Source: Octopus vulgaris
Lineage: Eukaryota
Direction: 5' to 3'
Length of the DNA: 64,000 nucleotides
NCBI GenBank assembly: GCA_951406725.2
Contig: OX597825.1
Span: forward strand, 2,976,001-3,040,000
How positions within the stretch are numbered: the first letter of the stretch is position 1; the number at the start of each line of letters is the position of its first letter. The notes under the pieces were generated by a model. It was not told where the DNA came from. It did not search any database and worked only from the letters and a program-made list of their open reading frames with translations. Positions 29,243 to 44,057 of this stretch are shown in pieces. Made by a program: the position numbers and the translations under genes.

Positions 29243-29865
29243 CAGTCTTTCTATCAGTGACTCACCGATATGTAAGTCGGTGTTGTCAGGCATCTCGTTA
29301 AAAATATTGCGATTATATGTCTTAACGGAGCTCTCTCTATATATATACATATATGTGTGTGCCCGTTTGTATGTCTGAGTGTGCATATGCGTGCTTGTGT
29401 GTCTTCGTGTGTGTGTGTGTGTCTGTGTGAGTGTGTTAAATTTCATACACACATTATATATAGACACATGAGTGCATTCTACTGCTGCATCTATCACGAC
29501 AAGTGCACACAATGATCACACATTTTTGCTCAGCTAAAATACAGCTTCCCATATGTCCAGAAACGCCATTGCTAGCAGGAAATAATTTTTAAAAATTATA
29601 AACAAAACAAAAGATATCACCACTACGACCAATAGGAACAACTTAGCAACACTTCGTAGCTTTCGATAACTATGTTGAAGTATTTCATAATTCTTCAAAA
29701 AACTCCTAAAAATGAATGTTGAACAACACAAATGACAATAAAATGTAACAGCAAACAATTTTTATTTCTTCATTTTTATCAATGAAAGTGAGTTCTTTAA
29801 GTACTTGTGAATATTTTAAAAAATGCCATGTATTAACTTGGAGAACAAGACGCCTGTGGATAAAA
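28775..29865. repeat. Diverged inverted repeat, arms ~345 bp (28775-29124 / 29526-29865), around a microsatellite-rich spacer
   Basis: The arms are reverse complements. The ORF track shows matching translations on opposite strands (MFALTFYC...FIFRSFLKNYEIL at 28881+ and MFAVTFYC...FIFRSFLKNYEIL at 29758-). Confidence 0.95.
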
Positions 29866-32800
29866 GGAACCGTTCAATGTGTGGACAGTAATATCATTAT
29901 CTGATGTACGAGGAAGCGATAATAAATCTCGTCTGATAGCTTCAATAACTTGGCATAACCGTTATATCTCTATCCCACTCACAACCACCTTCTAATATAA
30001 AAGATGCATTGTATAATCTAATATTGGTCACAGGAAACTTTGAAAAAATCCGCGTGCTCTCAATATTTTTGTTTTTTATTGCAACTGGATTATTACTGAT
30101 TCGCGATCGAACCGCAGCAGTAACAAATATACAGTCAACATTTCTATGCAATATTTCACTAGTTTAGATTACATAAAGAATGCAGCGATGTGATAGGATT
30201 GGTCAGAAACTTTAGTAAATGTCTTGCATTGTATGGTCGTGCTGCTCGTGGATGTATTAGTAACATGGAAATCATGCTGTTGTCAGTTCATTGAAATGTA
30301 TCAGAATATAAATAATATGCAGTGTGAACATCACTGTTGGTAAGTGAGCTTGAGAATTACATTCAGTATACACTACAGCTAAAATCGCATTCACCGATGT
30401 TTCAACGGTTAGAGTCAATGATCGTCTTCTACACAATTGTACTGTTATTTTCGTTAGAGTATACGGGATGCACTGTCGTTAATTGAAGTGTGTTAACAGG
30501 AGAAGAATAGAAAACCGAACTGTATGAAGAAAATAGAATTAGACATTATAAGTTGTAGACTGAAGAATTGCTATTGTCAGCCAAACATATATTACTGTCA
30601 TCAACGCTGATGTGTGACATTGTTGAATCGTTTTTCTTATCTATTTAAAAATGTATGTCTCTTTGTGTTTCACATTAATCTCAGAAACATTGCATATATC
30701 TAAATTAGAAGACGTATGTGTAGATGTTGTATATGTTTCTTTTATTTTCTCTCTTTTTATTTTTCATTTCTGTCTTGAATAATTTGAAGAATGCTTAATT
30801 AATTAAGTATTATTTATACAGTTTTCTTTTTAAATCTGTGTGAGATATGATAGAAATGTGTAATTGTTAAACACATTATAACTGTACAAAATGTGTTGCT
30901 GGTTTCTCTAATGGTCAGACAAGATACAGGAAAAGAACAATTAGTGACAATTAGATTTTGGGTTTGAGGCTTGCTTATCAACGGATTCTTTGCGATAATG
31001 AAAAAAAGTGAAAAAGAGTATTTAACTATATCGAAAGTAGGTTTTGAGGAAAAGTAGAGCATGAGAAATTTGTGTAATAGTAATAACCACTGATTCATGT
31101 CTTGTTATGACTAGTAATGCCGCCACAATCGCCTTTTTAATCATATCTGCTAATGTCAAAATATTTACCAACGCCAAAAACAACGCCATCATATTTATCT
31201 AGACTACGAAACAAACCACTGATACCTTATCTAATATCACAGCTTGATAGAAATAATAAACAAATCCCTTTCAAACCACGTGTTGTATATAGTAAAGCTC
31301 AACATTTCGTTTCGAGAATATTGTATTATAAAGAGTTTGGTATTATTTATTACCTCTCATAAGCAAATTATATTTTATCTCCCTCTTCCGGGCGGCACCA
31401 TTCATATTTCAATGCCATTGTTTTCTAATTACTATTGCACTTCAAAATTAATCTCTCCACATTTATAATGACTTATTATCAACTATATTTTTAATTTCAA
31501 TAATAAGCTGAGATTGATCTATAATTAAATCACTCTTACAAGAGAGGCAGCCCCTACATGTCTCCTTTATCTCGCAGAACCAGCTGCCAAATTTCAACAT
31601 GCCCACACTGCATTACCTTTTCAAATGATATGCGTAATTTTGATAATATGATGCCTACAAATAACTGACATTTTCATTATTATCAAAATCAATACCAAAA
31701 AAATGAGGAACATCATGAACATTAAAATTCCCCCAACGAGATTCCTCCACCGCATTTTTATCATCATCAACTTCAAGACATTTGAGAATAACATTTGGAA
31801 ACATTAATACATTCATATTCGTAATAGCAAATTAATTTGTGTGTGAGAAAAGTTTTATTCACAAATATACATATAAACTAATAAAATATATATTCTTGTA
31901 CGTATGCTTGCGTATAATGTTTCTCTAAAAATATGTACGCGACAAAAAAATTCTATTGTCATATTAGCTTTAGGCGTAACACTCCAGACGTGGCATTGTC
32001 GATAACGATAACAACAGCATATCACTGAAGAATACAGTCAACTCCCTACTGCTCTTTTATTAACATACATATTGTACAACGAATATCTACGAACAACTTT
32101 TAAAATCACACTCTATGTCAAAAACCTTGAATACACATTGAGTAATGACAGGTTCCGTCCACCAATATTTAGTCACAAGTAGAGTGTTTTTATTTCATGC
32201 CTGTTCCATGAGAGGTCATTTAAGAATAGCATCAAGAATATCAAGGATTTAAGAAAAAAGTTCTCTGTAAATTACCCATTGAAATCCACGCTATGAGAAC
32301 CACGGAACCATGTATGACAGATGCTGCTGCGAGGTGTAATCGATAATTACGCCCATGAACCTCTCAGGAATGCTGCGCAAAGGAGAGGGATTGATAATTG
32401 GAAACTATGCATTACGTATCAAAATGTTTCATTGCGAGAATATTGATAGTTTGTAGCAAGCGATTTGCTGTAATCTTTAAAATGTAGAGATGGCAAAACA
32501 TGATACGATATAATTGCTGTATGGCTTTAACAGCAGTAATACGTGAATGGAGTTCGAGATGAAGAAAGTCATTGATCGGCTGGTAAAAGCAGTGAAATTA
32601 ATGCTTGTAAATTAAATTGATTGCCATGAGGTATAACTTCGATAACAAAATTCAAGACAGAATCATTGTTTAAGTAAAACAACGGTTGCCACTTACTTTG
32701 ATAAGGTATGTCACGAATTCTGTTGTCTAAGTGTTTTCGTTTAAATATGCTAAGGATATTCGCATACATATGCATTATTAAATCTATCGGATTTTCATGT

Positions 32801-34020
32801 AGAACATTTTGTAGAACATTTTGAATTATTCATTCGTGTTAATACAACAACATTATATTCTGCGATTCTAATAACAAGGAAACATAAATGTAAATAGCTT
32901 TTGTATTGCATTCATTACTGTTAAAGAACTTCAGGAATATTGATGATATAAAGATGAAACACAAAAAGGAAAATCTGCATTGCTAAGTTATGTAACAATA
33001 AATACGTTCCACATTTAAAGAAGCTCCCCGTAGCCATAGAAAGAGAAAGAGAGAGAGAGAGAGGAAGATAGAGAAAGAGAAATAGGGGGGAGGAGAGAGA
33101 GAGAGAGGGAAATTACCTGTTATTTCATTATCTCCTTCATACTTTTTCTTCTCTCATTTGTCTTTGTGGATTCCTTATCAATTTTAGCTGCAAAAATTCT
33201 AACCCAGGTGTCAGGCTTTTATCATTTTTCTCAATTAGAATACATTTGTTTACTATTTCACTTTATTTATTTTAGTATTTAAATAATGGTTTCTGATTCC
33301 GGTGCGAGCGTAACCATAGAGAGAGAAGAGAAGTTACGATATACAAACAAAGCCCGATGGGGATTTGTCCTGTATTTTATCAATTAGGAAAATATAAATT
33401 GCAAAACTGAAATCTCAATGTAAGTATTCATAACAAGTAACGCATTCTTTTCTGACAGCCACCGTTCTGCCAGCTCGGTATTTAAATAATGAAACTACAG
33501 TGATAAATGGAACACATTCAATGTTGCATTGTGAGTATGGATGATCGTCAATTAGAACAAAGTAATAACATATGGAAAAGAAAATTCGGAATTTATTGTA
33601 ATTGTGAGAAAATAGTCTTAAGTCGAAAAATTTGGGTAAAAAATATGAAAATATATATTTACTACAACATCCATAGCAGAAACAATTTTGACAGTGTTAA
33701 ATGCATAACCAACGTTGACAGGAAAATGTGTTCAAGCAACCTCTATTTTCTCACGTGACTTGCTATACATAATTAATTGCGCTTTAAACAAGCATTGCAT
33801 GCATATAATAAGCGTATAAAATCATTTACATTAAAGATTTAGACGAATAAATATCTCTATAATTCAAAGCAAATGTTTTTGAAAATGCCAACAAGCCCAG
33901 TAGCACCATCATCACCAACACCAACACCTCCGCCACCAGACAGCCATCAGAATCACCATCAGAAATATCAATCATTTGTGTACGAGATTTGAAAATTTGC
34001 AGAGAAAAACAATCCAACCA

Positions 34021-34470
34021 AATAGAGAAATTAAGGCCAATAGTTGTCAGAGATTATAAAAAAAAACATTCTTTCTAATTGATGTATCAATACCAGCAGA
34101 TAACAACGTTTCTCTAAAAGAAATGGAGAAACTTTCAAAATAAAATGACCAGGAAATAGAGGTAACTCGAATGTGGAATCTAAGAACGGAAACAATTCCT
34201 ATCATAGTGGGCGCATTAGGTATGATTAAAAAATATATTCAAATACAAAACAAAAATACCAGGATTTACAAATATATATAACATACAGAAAATAACACTA
34301 CTGGGCACTGCAGCACTCATCCTACGCAAAAACACTTTCAATAGAGTAACCATAAGAGCATCATAACAAACCGCAGCACATATCCAAGGCACACACAGCT
34401 GCGCTCGGTAATGAAGTTAAAGCACGTAATACAAATTGAACTACTGTATAATAACAATAATAGTAATAAT
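34021..34470 (+). mobile_element. R4/Dong-clade (RLE) non-LTR retrotransposon 3' end with 3' UTR and (AAT)n tail
   Basis: FLIDVSIPADNNVSLKEMEKLSK*NDQEIEVTRMWNLRTETIPIIVGALGMIKK...IQKITLLGTA..ILRK matches the restriction-like endonuclease C-terminus; frameshifts and stops are present. Confidence 0.85.
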
Positions 34471-34479
34471 GCTGACATT

Positions 34480-34750
34480 AAAGGCATATTAAAAATATTG
34501 AAGCAGCTGTCAAGCTTGAAGTGATCCAGAAGATAGCAGTGTTGGGCACAGCCCGCATTCTAAGAAGAGTATTATCTCTTTGAGTCACAGCAGAAGGCAC
34601 TACTTGAGACCTTTGATGATTCGTTATTGCCTGCTTTCAAGTAAAGAACAGCGAGAATAAAAACAATGACAATGATAATAATAATAACAATAACCACAAT
34701 AATGGCAACAACAACAGTAACAAAAGCAACAACAACAACAACAATAACAA
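34480..34750 (+). mobile_element. Second, different R4-like LINE 3' end with an (AAT/AAC)n tail
   Basis: IEAAVKLEVIQKIAVLGTARILRRVLSL* (stop 34581-83), followed by a short UTR and a triplet tail. Confidence 0.75.
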
Positions 34751-35389
34751 TGAAAAAAAGATTATCGGAGCGTCGATGTATACCCTGCGCGTTAGCGTTG
34801 GCGAGGAAATTTGAAAGTTATTTTAAGTTGTTTGGATTTAAAATTAGGAAAAAATAACATAAAAAAAAGATTTTTCACTAAAGAATCATGCGTTCAAGAA
34901 AAGAAGCACTTTCTATTTCAATACTTTTACACTGAAATACTAAAAATAAGAGTTGACAACGAAAATCAAAGGTTTTTTGGGGAAGTTCTACGAACAATTT
35001 GCACATGAGTAAAATTTGCATAAGCCAAAATAAATGATTCTCCAAATAATGATCACGATTACGAAAAAGAAAGTGAAGAAAAGAAGTGTAGAAAGGAAGA
35101 AAATGAGATACTCATAGAAAATATTGTATAGAATTAGTGAAGTGTTTTCAGCGTTTTTTAATGATGGTAAGTGAATCAAACGTACTGGAGTTCGTTGTAG
35201 GGTATAAATAATATGACCACTTGCTTATCGGAAAATTTGTAAGATTTATTTTTGATTTCCTTATTTTTTTTTTCTTTTAAGTATCACCATTATAGGTATT
35301 TATACTCTGGTGAAATTAAGAGATCCACTCGTTAGTAAACCAAATCCTGGAAATCCTGGAAATCCTCGAATCCTGGAAAACGCGTCCAA

Positions 35390-36225
35390 ATCTGAAGAAA
35401 CCGCTGACGAAGGTGCACGAAAATATACTGTAACTTTATAGTGCCTAAAAAAGCTTCTGGCATAAATCTCATGGACACAATTGACATCGTATGTAAGATG
35501 TTTAGAGAAAAAACCCATCGTCGTTTGACACACGTTGGAAGTGGCTGAATATTGAGAGAAGCGATGACACTGAGTTTACCACATATGTGGGTAGAGGGAC
35601 AACGAGAGTGCGTGAGATTTAAACTGGTTAAACTAGCTCCAGTTTCGTTCAAGTGCCTGATTTTTGTTCAGAGACTTACTGCTAAAAGGATGTAGTATTC
35701 AGAACGTAAATTCTCGCTAAGCTGGAAATGAATCAAGAAATAACTTTCCAGAGACTGTCAGAAGAGTGCGATATGATATTCCAAATAATTCAAGCACGAC
35801 ACAGACGAAATCCAACATAGAGATTGTTTACAAGTAAAACCAGGATGGAAGAGTCGGAAAGCGAATAAAATGTTTAACAAAACCACGGTAAACAAGAGGA
35901 GATAAACCCATGTATGCCATGCGGAGGTAAGTATCTGATAAAAGAGTGTCCGCTCAAAAAAGCAAAGTGTCGCCGTTGTGGGAACACAGGAAACGTTAAA
36001 ATGCACTGCAGAACTAAGCTGACGATAAATTGGACCAAAGGAAAAAATGAGTAGTTTGTCATCAGGGAAAAAACGTTTGTACAACGAACAAAGAATTCAT
36101 GAAGGTAAGAATGGAAATCACTGGTGTCCAAATGAAATTAGACACGGATAGTGAGAACACTATCATAATTGATAGAAATATGGCGACAAATCGGTAAGCC
36201 GAAATTATTTAACTCAAATAAAGTG
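35390..36225 (+). mobile_element. Ty3/Gypsy (Mag-like) LTR retrotransposon relic: gag, zinc knuckles and protease start
   Basis: HEKY(C)NFIVPKK..., FDTRWKWLNI, RFKLVKLAPVSFKCLIFVQRL, CMPCGG...CP...KCRRCGNTG...C (degenerate tandem knuckles) and LDTDSENTII (LDTGS protease motif); multiple frameshifts. Confidence 0.8.
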
Positions 36226-36322
36226 AAATAATGCTAATATAACTGGTTAGTGCTACATTCGATTGTAAAAAAGAGGGAAAAGCCGTTAATATTACAGAAT
36301 TTAGAGAGAGAGAGAAATACAG

Positions 36323-36394
<72 letters not shown>

Positions 36395-36690
36395 CGAGAC
36401 AAAGAGAAAGATACTTGCTGTTTAGATATATAAAGATATTAATGTTGAGAAAAAATATTTAGAATTTATAGATTAGAGAATTAGTGGAAGGGAGATAAGG
36501 CTAAGTAGATTTTCGGGAAAACTATTTTCTGAGGTATGTACGAACTATATTCAAAAGTAGAAATTTCAGCTACGTGTGTTAAAATACAAAAAAGAATAAA
36601 GAGAAGATATAAAAAGGATAAGTGCAAATATTTATACAATTGTATACGCACATTTATATTCATACATACACTCACGTATACATGTATATG

Positions 36691-36742
<52 letters not shown>

Positions 36743-36841
36743 TACGTGAATATTTATAAGCATATATACCTATATATATACACAGAACCATAGACCTACA
36801 TGTACATACACGTACACATGCACATACACCTATATACACAC

Positions 36842-36939
<98 letters not shown>

Positions 36940-39900
36940 GCACACACACAGGTACACAAGTTATAACTTGCTCGGTGACTTCCGTTGTTTGTAGCAGTGC
37001 TATTTTCTATAGTGTGTACGGAGCAGTCATCTGTATACAATCAAGGAACTCCTGCCCGGGGAAGACGAAACATTTTCTTAAAAGTTCATAACAGGGCTTT
37101 GACCTCAATATCAAGACTCAGTCTTCAAAGTAGAAGACCCCAAATAAAGTTCAAGACCTCGAGGAAACCAAAAGAATGCAACTATAAAAAAGGTGTTCCA
37201 GGAATGCTGCCAGTGACGATGGATACTGTGTGTGACTTCAGAATGAGACAACGTCGAAGATGATTGATTACCAAATCTAGTTGTATTTTTTTCTTTTTAT
37301 AGCGGCGCCGCTCCTGAGACTTTTTTCCGTCAGAGCTTCTATGATGTTTTTTGTTTACCACAGTATAATATCTTTGTCCAAACTCTAAATCCAATACTAT
37401 GCGAGAGCATCAGGGTAGGAAAATCTTTAGTTAACAACAACGAGATAAGTGATGTTCTACGATTTGTTAGAATCAGTAACTAAACAATACTGAAGACAGT
37501 GCACACTTCGAAAATTAATTCAGATCTCTTTACATTCGAACTTGCTATCAGTCAACGAATTCAGGGTATATATTTAATGACTTATTGAAACATATTATAC
37601 ACTGTTGATGAAGATATAATCTCAGAATTAGGAGACCAAAAATAAAGCAAGCCACAAAATCGAGGTTGTGTTTGTTTGAACCGATACTTGGTAGAAGGAA
37701 TACCCACTGACTGCAATAAATCTTCGATTAAAGGACCAGCCTTAGAATGCAATGTGATGCCACCATTGCTGAAGACGTATAGAGAGGAAATGAATAAAGA
37801 AATTTGGTTAGACGGTTCCATTTGTCTAAGTCAATGGTTTTAGATACGCTGGAATCTATGATAACATCTTTAGTAATGCTGTATACAGTCATATACAGCA
37901 ATTATTGTAAATTGTTTTATCATTAATTCGTTAACGACACTCTGGTGTTATCCATTTATGTTAAATGTACAATATTGCATTAATCTATGTACTATTACGT
38001 GTTACTTATCATCACATTTGACTAAGTCACTGATATATTAATTGATGATAAAATAGCTGTCGAATTTTCAAGTACAGCTGACCTCAATCATCATTACAAA
38101 TAGATGACAATCACTATCCCGAACGCCATCAATCTTCCACCAAGTGATACAGAAGTCGATAGGCAATATTGGAACACCAGAAATAGCAGCATTTACATTC
38201 ATTCTGACTCAACATTAGCATCTTAACCATCTAAAGTCCCGCCTTATATTCCATAACATGCAACATCACATGTTGCGTATTTCGTGGCATACAACACGAG
38301 AACAATTTTATGGAATACATTCTCTTTGATATCGGAATGGAATTGATCATTCAAGATAAAATATCTACATATGGAGAAAAACTGGCATTTGTTTTACTTT
38401 ATCTGCGCCGCAAGATGATTCTGAGAACTATCGTTTCTAGCATTTGATTTATCACAATTTGTATTTGAGAACTGATCAACATTTCTGGAATGAAATATGC
38501 CTTCCATCGTCAATTGCTTCCAACATAATCTCTCTTCGGAAGTCATTTATAATATCATTTGTGATGCCCAAATTAAATTTGGTCGCATTGGATAGTGTTG
38601 TATTTATCTTCTACAGTTATCCCCTGAAATGTATACAGGGATAAATGAAAAGCAATATAACAAAGATATATATATTATCATGCATATCAGCAAACGCTTG
38701 TATTCATAGATGTACGCATCTATACGCACTCCTTATCCCATCCGTTTATGCTTCCCTTCCTCTCTCTCTCCATCCATCAATCTCTCCATTCATACACATT
38801 TACATCCATCCACAACCACAAGTTGTTACATACAGAGATATACAGAAACATACGTACTTGTTCGTCCTCTGTAAAGCGACAATAAACTTGTACACGTGCA
38901 CGCATGTATGAATGTGCGTATTTCTATATGTGTATGTGTGTGTGTGTGTGTGTGTGTGCACGCGTGTGCATGCGCGCGTTTATGCATAGCTATAGCAGAA
39001 CAACATAACTAAGTCTTGTAAATATGTGTTCGTCATGCTGAATATATATTTTTGGCATTTAAAACTTTCAAAAAAAGAACAAAAACGGTTGACGTTCGAG
39101 AGGAATCTCATATTCCCGATACCAACCAAACCACTGGCTTTATAGGGCACAAACAATAGCACCAACCTCATTATCTACACTTCCACATCTCTTCTATTGA
39201 GCATCTGCGACTGCAACAATATGTGAGTTAATCTGATCTGAAGTACCCATCTCCAAATAACACTGTTATGTTTAACAATGTTTGTACATATAAACTTCAC
39301 TAACATTGGAGACGGTACAATTTCCTTTCATATGCTAAAAATAGAAGTACAGAAGTATGTTATTAATGTGGTAGTTCCATGCTTTTCCACTTATGTTTGA
39401 TAATAAATATTCTTTTATATCACAAGTCGACAATAAATTTATGCATGATAGTATGTTTGTACGTAAGTGTATATTTTCAATAATTCTGTATATGTATGAT
39501 AATATCAATTATTGACGAAATTATTGTTGATTTAAAGAAGATTATTCATGAGATTACCGTATGCAGAAAACTCAAGTTGAGGCAAAATGCGGGGGACTGA
39601 AGAAAAACCATCAAAATTATTTTTGAGTTTCTATCGAATCGTAGTCTGAAACGTATCTCCGTTTCCTTTTATCTCATCATCAAACTATGACATTCTTCTC
39701 TTTTCTTTTCCGATTCCCGTTCCTGTATTCATTAGTTTGGTTTGTTTTGTTTCATAACAAATCATATTTGAACTTTCTTGTACTCTGAGTTAATTCAACG
39801 TTCAAAAATTTATCTGTTATGGTCTGGTCATGCTTTGCATTTTGTTTTAAATTTATATATTCCTGTACTAAACTTACGAGTAAATAATTTCATGGCAATA

Positions 39901-40843
39901 ATTTGCATCTTAAATCGTCATTGTAAACAGGTTTGTTATTTCGTTGTTCGTCGAGTGTTGCTTCAATATACATTGTGGGCGTATCGGTTAGTTGATTAAA
40001 ATAACCAGCTGCAAAACAAATACAGAAAATGTATTTATGAATGTGGAAGAAGAATCTGTAATTGTTGAAGTGTGTTACGTGGGTGTATTAAAATAGAATG
40101 GAACACTTCTGCACTTCATACTATTATAACTATCAATAGTAATAATAACAAAATTTATTCAGCGAAATACCAACAAACTCAATTTCATATGTAATATCAA
40201 CCAATAAAAAAATACTGTATATTTTTCAACTCCAAATATATTATCTAATATGCTCGTTTATATTGTCCATATGTCTTCATACAGTTTGCCAAAAATAGCA
40301 TTCACTTTCCGCACAGTTCACATTCCAGAGTTAATTCCATCGAAGCTGCACTGTATAAGGTAAACTGTTTGGCCAGGTTAACATTCGAATGACTTACTTC
40401 TCTAGACTGCTGTTAAATCAATGAAGGCTATGGGTGAACGCAATGTTTGGTAAAAAAAGGTAACTACAAATTTATCTTGAAAATCTCTGGCAGTAACGAA
40501 ATAAATGTTGACCATGTAAGTACTACATTCATCGACAACACAGAGTATCTGCTCTACATCAATAACAGTGAAATCAATAGGCACCTGTGTACAAACATTC
40601 ATACATACAAACATACATGTATATATACAAATATATAAATATATACAAATATATACATACGCACACATACACACACACATAGACATACACATATATATAT
40701 GAGAGAGAGAGAGAAAAAAAGTAAGAGACACAGAGAGGGATAAAGAGTGGTAGACATCGTAATTTTTGTCATCATTCACATCATCAGTCGCAGCAGTAGC
40801 AGTGTCATATATATATACATATGTGTGTGTGTGTTTGCACTCT

Positions 40844-40878
<35 letters not shown>

Positions 40879-43776
40879 GTATAATCATTTTAAATTAATT
40901 CATTGCCGTAAAAGATAATATCTACAGTTATTGTCTGTTGGTTTTGACATTATTTCTAAATAGGTTCCTGAATTAATGATTTGATTTCTTGGTCTATTTT
41001 TATTCAGCTAATTTTTGCTTATAAAACTGTGTGTGTAAATCATAGTCATTCGCATGAACATTCATGTGTTTGATGTTTGTCTTCTGCAACAGCGTATCGA
41101 CGAATTCCGACAAAAATATTTTCAGGTAGCAAAGTAATGTCTAAGTAGCCATCGCCTTTAAATGAACGATTCCCGATACAGGTTAATGCAGCTGAAGTGA
41201 CGGGATAGGGTGGTACTTGGGGCATCATGTTAATAAAGAATACCCCAGAGCGTCCTACGTTGGCAGGAGTTGACATCGCTCTGAGAAGCAGAGACTACTA
41301 CAAAATCATTTGTGCTTTAGGCACAAGGCCTGAAATTTTAGCGAAGTGTTTACTTGATTACATGCACCCACTCTGCTGGTAACAAATCAAAGCCGACCTC
41401 TCCGCAATTTGAACTCAGAATGTAAAGACATATGAAACAGCGTAATGTGTTGCCGTGTGTTATATCAATTAATCAGGATAATTTTTTTTTATAATTAACC
41501 GTACGTGTCTACTAAATTTATGTCGATGATATAGAGACATTCGATATTGTTTGTAATTAACCTCTTGCTATATTCAGTATTTCGTCGAACATATTTTACA
41601 ATATCATTCGTTCCACTCTTGTCATATATTTACTCTTAAATTAATTCTGTCATGGAATGTTTGCTATATGTTCTGGCTAACCGACAAGTTCCACATATAA
41701 TAATATGTTAATTTAGATTTCTAGAACATTATGGACTCTTTGCAGATGCATATATTTCGAGGAAAATTTGTTGCATGCATTTGTACAATATAGGAACACT
41801 TTTGTCAAATATACGCAGATGTAGAAATTGAATTTGAAGATAAAAGAAAGACTTTGTAAAAAAGATTAAAGTACTCGTTCTTAATGATCAAATGTGAAAC
41901 AGCGCTAACAAGTTTAAATTTGTTTCAGACAATTCTTACTCTGATATCAAATGCTTTGTCATCCCTGATGTAAAGATTTGGTTCGATTTATTTGTTTATT
42001 CATTTTTTTATTTATTTACTTCTAAAGATTTGATGTGAACTCGTTGCTTAGGTATAGAAATGCGTACCTGCTTTGTTATACGTCTATACATTCGCATCAT
42101 GGAAACTATAATTGTTACTCTTTCTGTCTGCATCCATTTGCATATAGACATGCACCTACATATGCATACACAAGCTCAGGCGAATACACACGCTCTCACG
42201 CATGCACACGCACGCGCGAATGCAGCGCTGGTGCATTCACACAAACGCATACATATTGCAACAAAAATTTAAATTATGGAGAGAGAGTTATCAAAAGTTT
42301 TGTATCCTCAAAGCCACGGCCTTGCGGACAGCTCGTCGGAGTCTTTACTAAGACAAAAAATGTTAAATTTCGCAGCAATCGATATATAAAATGTTTAATG
42401 AGGACGGGTTGTCTCCCCTGAACCAGAGAATAAAACAACCCTTATGGTTGCAAAGAACCCTAATCAGCAAACGCAAGGATCCAATTTTCTAATAGGTAGC
42501 GCTTGAAGTGGACACAATTATAGAACACTTCTTTACGACTATTTAACGCACTAGGTTTGGTATAGTCATTAAGAATTCTGGATCTCTCCGCGACAATATA
42601 TGTGAATAATTTTGGGTGTCATTACGTTTATTAATATTGTTCAAATATGGATATTGCAAAATCTGCAATTTTCAGACAAAGGCAGAGAACAGGTAACAAC
42701 GCCCATTAAGAATACAATACTAATCAAACTGAAAAATCATTCATTCAATCATGCATCTCCCAATGGAGGAATTCCATTTATCTTAGAAATGACATGTTTC
42801 CTTTCAGAGAGAGTTCACAAAATACAAATGCTATAATGTCGCACATACACATTCACTTTCTTGTATACGTACATATATGCCTACTTACATACGAACATGC
42901 ATTACACACTTTCATACATACATGCTTATAAACCTCTGCATTTATATAGACGCATCAAATTAGATAAAACAATCTGCGCACATTTGTAGAAATTAATTAT
43001 CCAATAGCAGTTACTTTGTAAAGATTGAAGGAAATATATCAATTTCTACGTAATGTGAAATCGACAGGTAATACACCCGTATACAAGATATCAAGGAATC
43101 TCTTTTTAAAGACGCAAATCAGCGTCGCCTCTCTATAGACAAAATGCATAGAGTAGAAAATTGGTTCCAGCACTTCGCTGTTGCATTGTTGCATTATCAT
43201 TAGATTTTAGAAATATAACGAATGATATAGTTCTAGCTTAAGCGAAAGGAATACAACATGGCTAAGCAATCATATTTATTTTTGAAACAATTGCGATAAT
43301 TTCAAATGAAATTCGTTCATTGGCGGTGCTATACAAGCTTGAATCTACTGCGTCCCACGAATACAATGAATACCTTTTTTTAGTTCTCTTGCAGTGAGTA
43401 TACAACCAGCTCCATATAATATCATAACTTAAATGTAATATCGCTTCAGCTGACGGAGGAAATTATGCAACACAGAAGTAATTGCATAATAACACATTGA
43501 ACTTCAAGGATAATGTGTAGAGTCAACAGTGATATATGACAGGATATATCGTAGAGTAGGTGGTGAGGAACATCAAAATATTGATCAGGCCAGCAGAAAG
43601 TTCCTTATTTTACACATCCTAAGAGTTTATACATCTGAAAACACACATATGGATCTGTGACAGATATACACTTTTCTACAACTATCTCTATTTAGGTGTA
43701 GAAGCTAACCATAGCTGCCATATTAATAAAAGTCTAAGCAACCACCCCAAATCAGATCATCGTTGTTCTAACTTAC

Positions 43777-44057
43777 AAAGACGGTTCAATTGTTGATGAC
43801 CCTGCGTCAAACTTTGCTCATGTAGGCCTTCAGCATGATGTCCGCCCGTGTTATGAAGCCGTAAGATACGTATAGAAAATGAATCTGATACATCCAAATT
43901 CGCTTCCACCGCAAACAGCTCTCTACCCATGCGTCCAGCACTGCCTGTACTATACAATGACCACCTCCTTCATGTTCCAATTAACTCCATAATCATCTGC
44001 CGCATAATCACACTACTCTTCATCTTAATAGTTTTCGAATATCGCACTATTTCAGAT
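43777..44057 (-). other. Candidate 281-nt exon (lncRNA or 5' UTR/first coding exon)
   Basis: - strand acceptor (T)9-aatAG and donor GTAAGT around a GC-richer block; no frame is open throughout. Confidence 0.3.
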
